A DNA stretch of 14,786 nt. It comes from an uncultured bacterium. GTDB taxonomy: Bacteria > Schekmanbacteria > GWA2-38-11 > J061. A program made the position numbers and the translations under genes. Numbering within the stretch: position 1 is the first letter of the stretch; every line of letters starts with the position of its first letter. The stretch covers positions 28,594 to 43,379 of the forward strand of contig CAZJVM010000019.1 in assembly GCA_964549305.1 (NCBI GenBank), given 5' to 3'. Positions 11,482-14,786 of the stretch are shown in pieces. Under the pieces are notes generated by a model. That model was not told the DNA's origin and searched no databases. It saw only the letters and a program-made list of their open reading frames with translations.

Positions 11482-12072
11482 ATGATGTCTGTAAGGGAAA
11501 AACAAATTCTGGATGCCGCGGCAAAGGTATTCAGAGAAAAAGGTTATCAGCGGGCGACAATCGAGGATGTTGCAAAGGAAGTAGGCATTTTAAAGGGCAG
11601 TCTCTACTACTACATAAAGAATAAAAGCGAGCTTCTCTTTAAAGTCGGAATCGTCCCACTAAAGACTACGACGGAAGAGCTTAAAAGAATCGTCAGCAGT
11701 GATAAAAACGCTTATGAAAAGTTAGAGGCGGCAATAACGGGAAGAATTCGGGCATTTGACAATCACCGCACGGAAATGACCGTATTCTTTCAGGAAAAAT
11801 TTGAAGAACTTCCCGAAGAGGAGCGTGAATTTTTGCGCGAAGGTCAGAGGGAAGACGAGCGCCTTTGGACCCGGATTCTAAAAGAGGGAATAGACAAAGG
11901 GGAATTCAGGCAAGACCTCGATGTAAAAATTGTTACAAAGGCGATAATGGGAATATGTCATTGGCTTTACAAGTGGTACCGCGATGACGGACGCCTTAGG
12001 GCGCAGGAGATTGCAAAAATATTTATGGATTTAGTTTTAAAGGGAATACAAACAACAGAAAAGGAAGGATGA
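11482..12072 (+). CDS. TetR/AcrR family regulator, KstR2-like C-terminal domain
   Basis: HTH ILDAAAKVFREKGYQRATIEDVAKEVGILKGSLYYY; C-terminal GIDKGEFR and HWLYKWYRDDG pattern. Confidence 0.92.
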   Translation: MMSVREKQILDAAAKVFREKGYQRATIEDVAKEVGILKGSLYYYIKNKSELLFKVGIVPLKTTTEELKRIVSSDKNAYEKLEAAITGRIRAFDNHRTEMTVFFQEKFEELPEEEREFLREGQREDERLWTRILKEGIDKGEFRQDLDVKIVTKAIMGICHWLYKWYRDDGRLRAQEIAKIFMDLVLKGIQTTEKEG

Positions 12073-12079
12073 TGAAAAT

Positions 12080-13270
12080 ATGACGCAGCTTTTAAAAGGA
12101 ATCAGAGTGCTTGACCTGACACGCGTAATATCGGGTCCCTACTGCGCAATGATGCTCGGTGACCTTGGCGCGGATGTAATAAAAATAGAGCAGCCCGGTT
12201 CGGGCGATCCTTCGAGAAAACTCGGCCCACCCTTCAAGGACGGTGAAAGCGGTTATTTCATAAGTATTAACCGCAACAAGAAGAGTATGACTCTCAACCT
12301 GAAAACACCTGAAGGACTACGGGTATTCAGGGAACTCGTGAAAAAGTCTGATGTGATTCTCGAAAACTACAGAGCAGGCGTGGCGGACAAGCTTAAAATC
12401 GGCTACAAAGATATGAAAGCCGTCAACCCGCGAATTATCTACTGCTCGATTACCGCCTTCGGAAGTGAAGGCCCTTACAGGGATATTCCGGGCTATGATC
12501 TTACAATGCAGGCGATAAGCGGAGAGATAAGCATCACCGGCGAGCCCGACGGAATGCTCGCGAAGATGGGTGTGCCTATGGGGGATCTGGGAGGTTCGTT
12601 TTTCGGCGCATCGGGAATTCTCGCGGCACTCTACGCTCGTGAGCGCGACGGCGAAGGGCGCCACATAGACATAGGGCTTTTTGACACACAGCTTGCGCTT
12701 CTCTGCTATCATCAGGCACCTTACTTCATCGACGGCAACAGAGAGAAGAAGCCCGAAGGCACAGGACACCCCAATATCGTGCCCTACAAGATGTATCAGA
12801 CAAAGGATATAAAAATTGTTGTCGCCATCCTTGGCGAAAAATTCTGGGTGAAGCTTTGCGAAATTCTCGACATACCCGAAATTGCCACTGACCCGAGATT
12901 TGACAAAAACGAAAAGCGCGACAAAAACCGCAAAGAGCTTGAACCGATACTCGAGGAGGCATTTCTCAAAAAAAACGGCAGGGAAATCGTGAAGAAGTTT
13001 TATGAAATCGGAATTCCCGGAGCTCCCGTAAATTCCATTGCCGAAGCGCTGGAAGAGCCGCAGGTTGCTGTTCGCGATATGATTGTGGAGGTGGACCATC
13101 CGAAATGCGGAAAGGTCAAATTTATCGGCTCTCCCATAAAGATAGACGGAGTGAAGCATGAATATACCCATCCTCCAATGCTCGGTGAGCAGAATGAAGA
13201 AATCCTGCGCGACCTTCTCGGTTACTCCGAGGAGAAAATAAAGGAACTCAAAGAGAAAGGTTCAATTTAA
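12080..13270 (+). CDS. Class III CoA-transferase (CaiB/BaiF/Frc family)
   Basis: LKGIRVLDLTRVISGPYCAMMLGDLGADVIKIE, NRNKKS, ENYR, GYD, catalytic-Asp region GVPMGDLGG, GHPNIVPY and PPMLGEQN motifs. Confidence 0.95.
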   Translation: MTQLLKGIRVLDLTRVISGPYCAMMLGDLGADVIKIEQPGSGDPSRKLGPPFKDGESGYFISINRNKKSMTLNLKTPEGLRVFRELVKKSDVILENYRAGVADKLKIGYKDMKAVNPRIIYCSITAFGSEGPYRDIPGYDLTMQAISGEISITGEPDGMLAKMGVPMGDLGGSFFGASGILAALYARERDGEGRHIDIGLFDTQLALLCYHQAPYFIDGNREKKPEGTGHPNIVPYKMYQTKDIKIVVAILGEKFWVKLCEILDIPEIATDPRFDKNEKRDKNRKELEPILEEAFLKKNGREIVKKFYEIGIPGAPVNSIAEALEEPQVAVRDMIVEVDHPKCGKVKFIGSPIKIDGVKHEYTHPPMLGEQNEEILRDLLGYSEEKIKELKEKGSI

Positions 13271-13305
13271 CTCTATAAAAGGGCTCAAGCCGGATTTTGT
13301 TGTAT

Positions 13306-13344
13306 TTCCCTCTCTTTAAGGGGGAGGCCGGGGTAAGAATGGGG
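13306..13344. repeat. Possible degenerate REP-like palindromic element
   Basis: TTCCCTCTCTTTAAGGGGGAGGCCGGGGTAAGAATGGGG forms a hairpin with a G-rich tail. From memory it resembles CCCTCCCCTTnAAGGGGAGGG-type intergenic repeats. Single copy in the window. Confidence 0.4.
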
Positions 13345-14334
13345 AAGGTAAGCCGCAATATTACGAATGAAAATATGAAAAAAAACATTGCATTAAAGCC
13401 CGAAGCGCGGGAAATCCTTAAAGCCATTGTTTCCATTATGCCTTCCATTCTCCAAAGAGTGTGGCGTAACCGTATCATCACGCAGGCGGAAAAAAATGTC
13501 ATCTACGACGGAAGAAAATCTGTATCTGCTAAAGATATACTCGGCGCGGCGCGAGAGGTTATGCCTTCTAAATTCAGCCCGCTTTTCGTTAGAATGTCCA
13601 ACCCGTCGAAATTTAAGGCAATCGCAAAGAGCGGAATCGAGGGTTATCGCGAAGGCTCGAGGCGATGGGTTAAAATCGATGTTAAACAATCGTCAGCAGG
13701 AAAGAAATTTATCACGAGAAAATCCGCGAATCCCTATATCCTCGCAATCTGCGGAAGCCCGCGAAAAGGCGGAAACACACACCTTCTCATAGACAAGTTT
13801 TTGGAAGGGGCAGGTGAAAATGCCGCGCGGTGCGAAACAGTCTATCTTCATAAAAAGAAAATCGGGTATTGCGTAGGGTGTCGCAAATGTCGCGAAAATA
13901 ATGACGGCACCATATTGGAGGATTACTGCACCATAAAAGACGATATGACGGAAATCTACAAAAAGCTCGCCCTTGCTGACGCGGTGGTAATCGGATTTCC
14001 TATTTACACGGCGCGCGAATCGGCTCAGACCGCGGCATTCTGGGACCGCCTTGACTGTATGAGCAACAAGTACAACCGTGAGAGATTCGGGGGACCAAAG
14101 GCAGGCGCTCTGATTACAAGCTGGGCTTGGCCCGAGGCGCAAACCTACAGGGACCATATGGAGGGAATGATGATGCTGATGAGGTTGCGCGGTATCGAAA
14201 CCCTATGTTCCGTTGCCGCCTCGGGATGCAGGGGCAGGGCACACGGGCGCGGAGTAGTCGTTCACGATGAGCGCGGAATGAAGAGGGTATTTTCCGCAGG
14301 CGCGAAGGTCGCGGAGATAATAACAATAAAATAA
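13339..14334 (+). CDS. Flavodoxin-fold iron-sulfur flavoprotein (Isf/FMN_red-like) with extra N-terminal helical domain
   Basis: ILAICGSPRKGGNT FMN-binding loop, CVGCRKC-x12-C, DDM, ADAVVIGFPIY, FWDRL. About 120 aa N-terminal extension. Start uncertain (13297 TTG, 13339 ATG with GGAGG, or 13375 ATG). Confidence 0.85.
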   Translation: MGKVSRNITNENMKKNIALKPEAREILKAIVSIMPSILQRVWRNRIITQAEKNVIYDGRKSVSAKDILGAAREVMPSKFSPLFVRMSNPSKFKAIAKSGIEGYREGSRRWVKIDVKQSSAGKKFITRKSANPYILAICGSPRKGGNTHLLIDKFLEGAGENAARCETVYLHKKKIGYCVGCRKCRENNDGTILEDYCTIKDDMTEIYKKLALADAVVIGFPIYTARESAQTAAFWDRLDCMSNKYNRERFGGPKAGALITSWAWPEAQTYRDHMEGMMMLMRLRGIETLCSVAASGCRGRAHGRGVVVHDERGMKRVFSAGAKVAEIITIK

Positions 14335-14358
14335 TTTTTTTCAGGAAGGGTTTAAAAG

Positions 14359-14786
14359 ATGTCATTGGAAATGAGTAAAAATGAAATAGATGATCTTATG
14401 AATACCGAAAAAATCGGTACACTTATGCTTGTGGACGGCGAACGCCCCTACGGTGTCGTCTGTTGGTTTGTCTATGATTCAGGCAGTGTGCGTATAGGCA
14501 TAATACCCTCCGGACGCAAGTTTGACTGCATCAGCGCAAACGACAATGCCGCATTCAGCGTCTGGATGGCAGGCAAGGGCGGATGGTGCTCGGTTTTCGT
14601 AGAGGGAAAAATCCGCCAGATTACAGACATTGCAGAGCTTAAGGGAAGCCTCAAGCTTGCTTCGGAAAAATACGGCGTACCGTCTTCATATATGGAAAAG
14701 CAGATTGCTTTGGTAAAAGAGTCGCCTGAAAAATCGATGAGTTTCGTAATAGAATCTACCAATGTCTCGGGAAGAAAATCGGGATA
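14359..14786 (+). CDS. Pyridoxamine 5'-phosphate oxidase-like FMN-binding split-barrel protein (Nim-like), runs to window edge
   Basis: Not in ORF track. ATG 14359 after AGGAAGGG reads MSLEMSKNEIDDLMNTEKIGTLMLVDGERPYGV...SGRKFDCISANDNAAF...WCSVFVEGK...NVSGRKSG, then 'TA' at the edge (possibly the stop). PY, GRK, W-SV-G and terminal SGRK are typical of the family. Confidence 0.85.
   Translation, partial: MSLEMSKNEIDDLMNTEKIGTLMLVDGERPYGVVCWFVYDSGSVRIGIIPSGRKFDCISANDNAAFSVWMAGKGGWCSVFVEGKIRQITDIAELKGSLKLASEKYGVPSSYMEKQIALVKESPEKSMSFVIESTNVSGRKSG

Noticed and set aside
12317-13171. 284-aa minus-strand ORF
   Set aside because: Antisense to the well-supported CoA-transferase; no motifs.
14472-14762. 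96-aa minus-strand ORF
   Set aside because: Shadow of the plus-strand PNPOx-like gene starting at 14359.

Overview
Bacterial chromosomal window that appears to span the replication origin. A tightly coupled minus-strand operon (dnaN-recF-remB/DUF370-gyrB-tadA-hypothetical lipoprotein) is followed by a separately promoted tRNA-Ser(CGA)-tRNA-Ser(GGA)-large (Alu-containing) SRP RNA unit, which converges on proC. The left edge holds the C-terminus of a Fic/Doc-family gene. Upstream of dnaN is a 450-bp AT-rich intergenic region with DnaA boxes, DnaA-trios and IHF-like sites (candidate oriC). The gene beyond it is murJ rather than dnaA, and gyrA and dnaX are also missing from their usual positions. 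The right part holds a lone glgA and a plus-strand cluster of unknown substrate: TetR (KstR2-like), class III CoA-transferase, an Fe-S flavoprotein with an unusual N-terminal helical domain, and a pyridoxamine-5'-phosphate-oxidase-like (Nim-like) protein truncated at the window edge. I found no CRISPR array, transposase or phage genes. All family assignments are by eye from motifs; no database searches were run.
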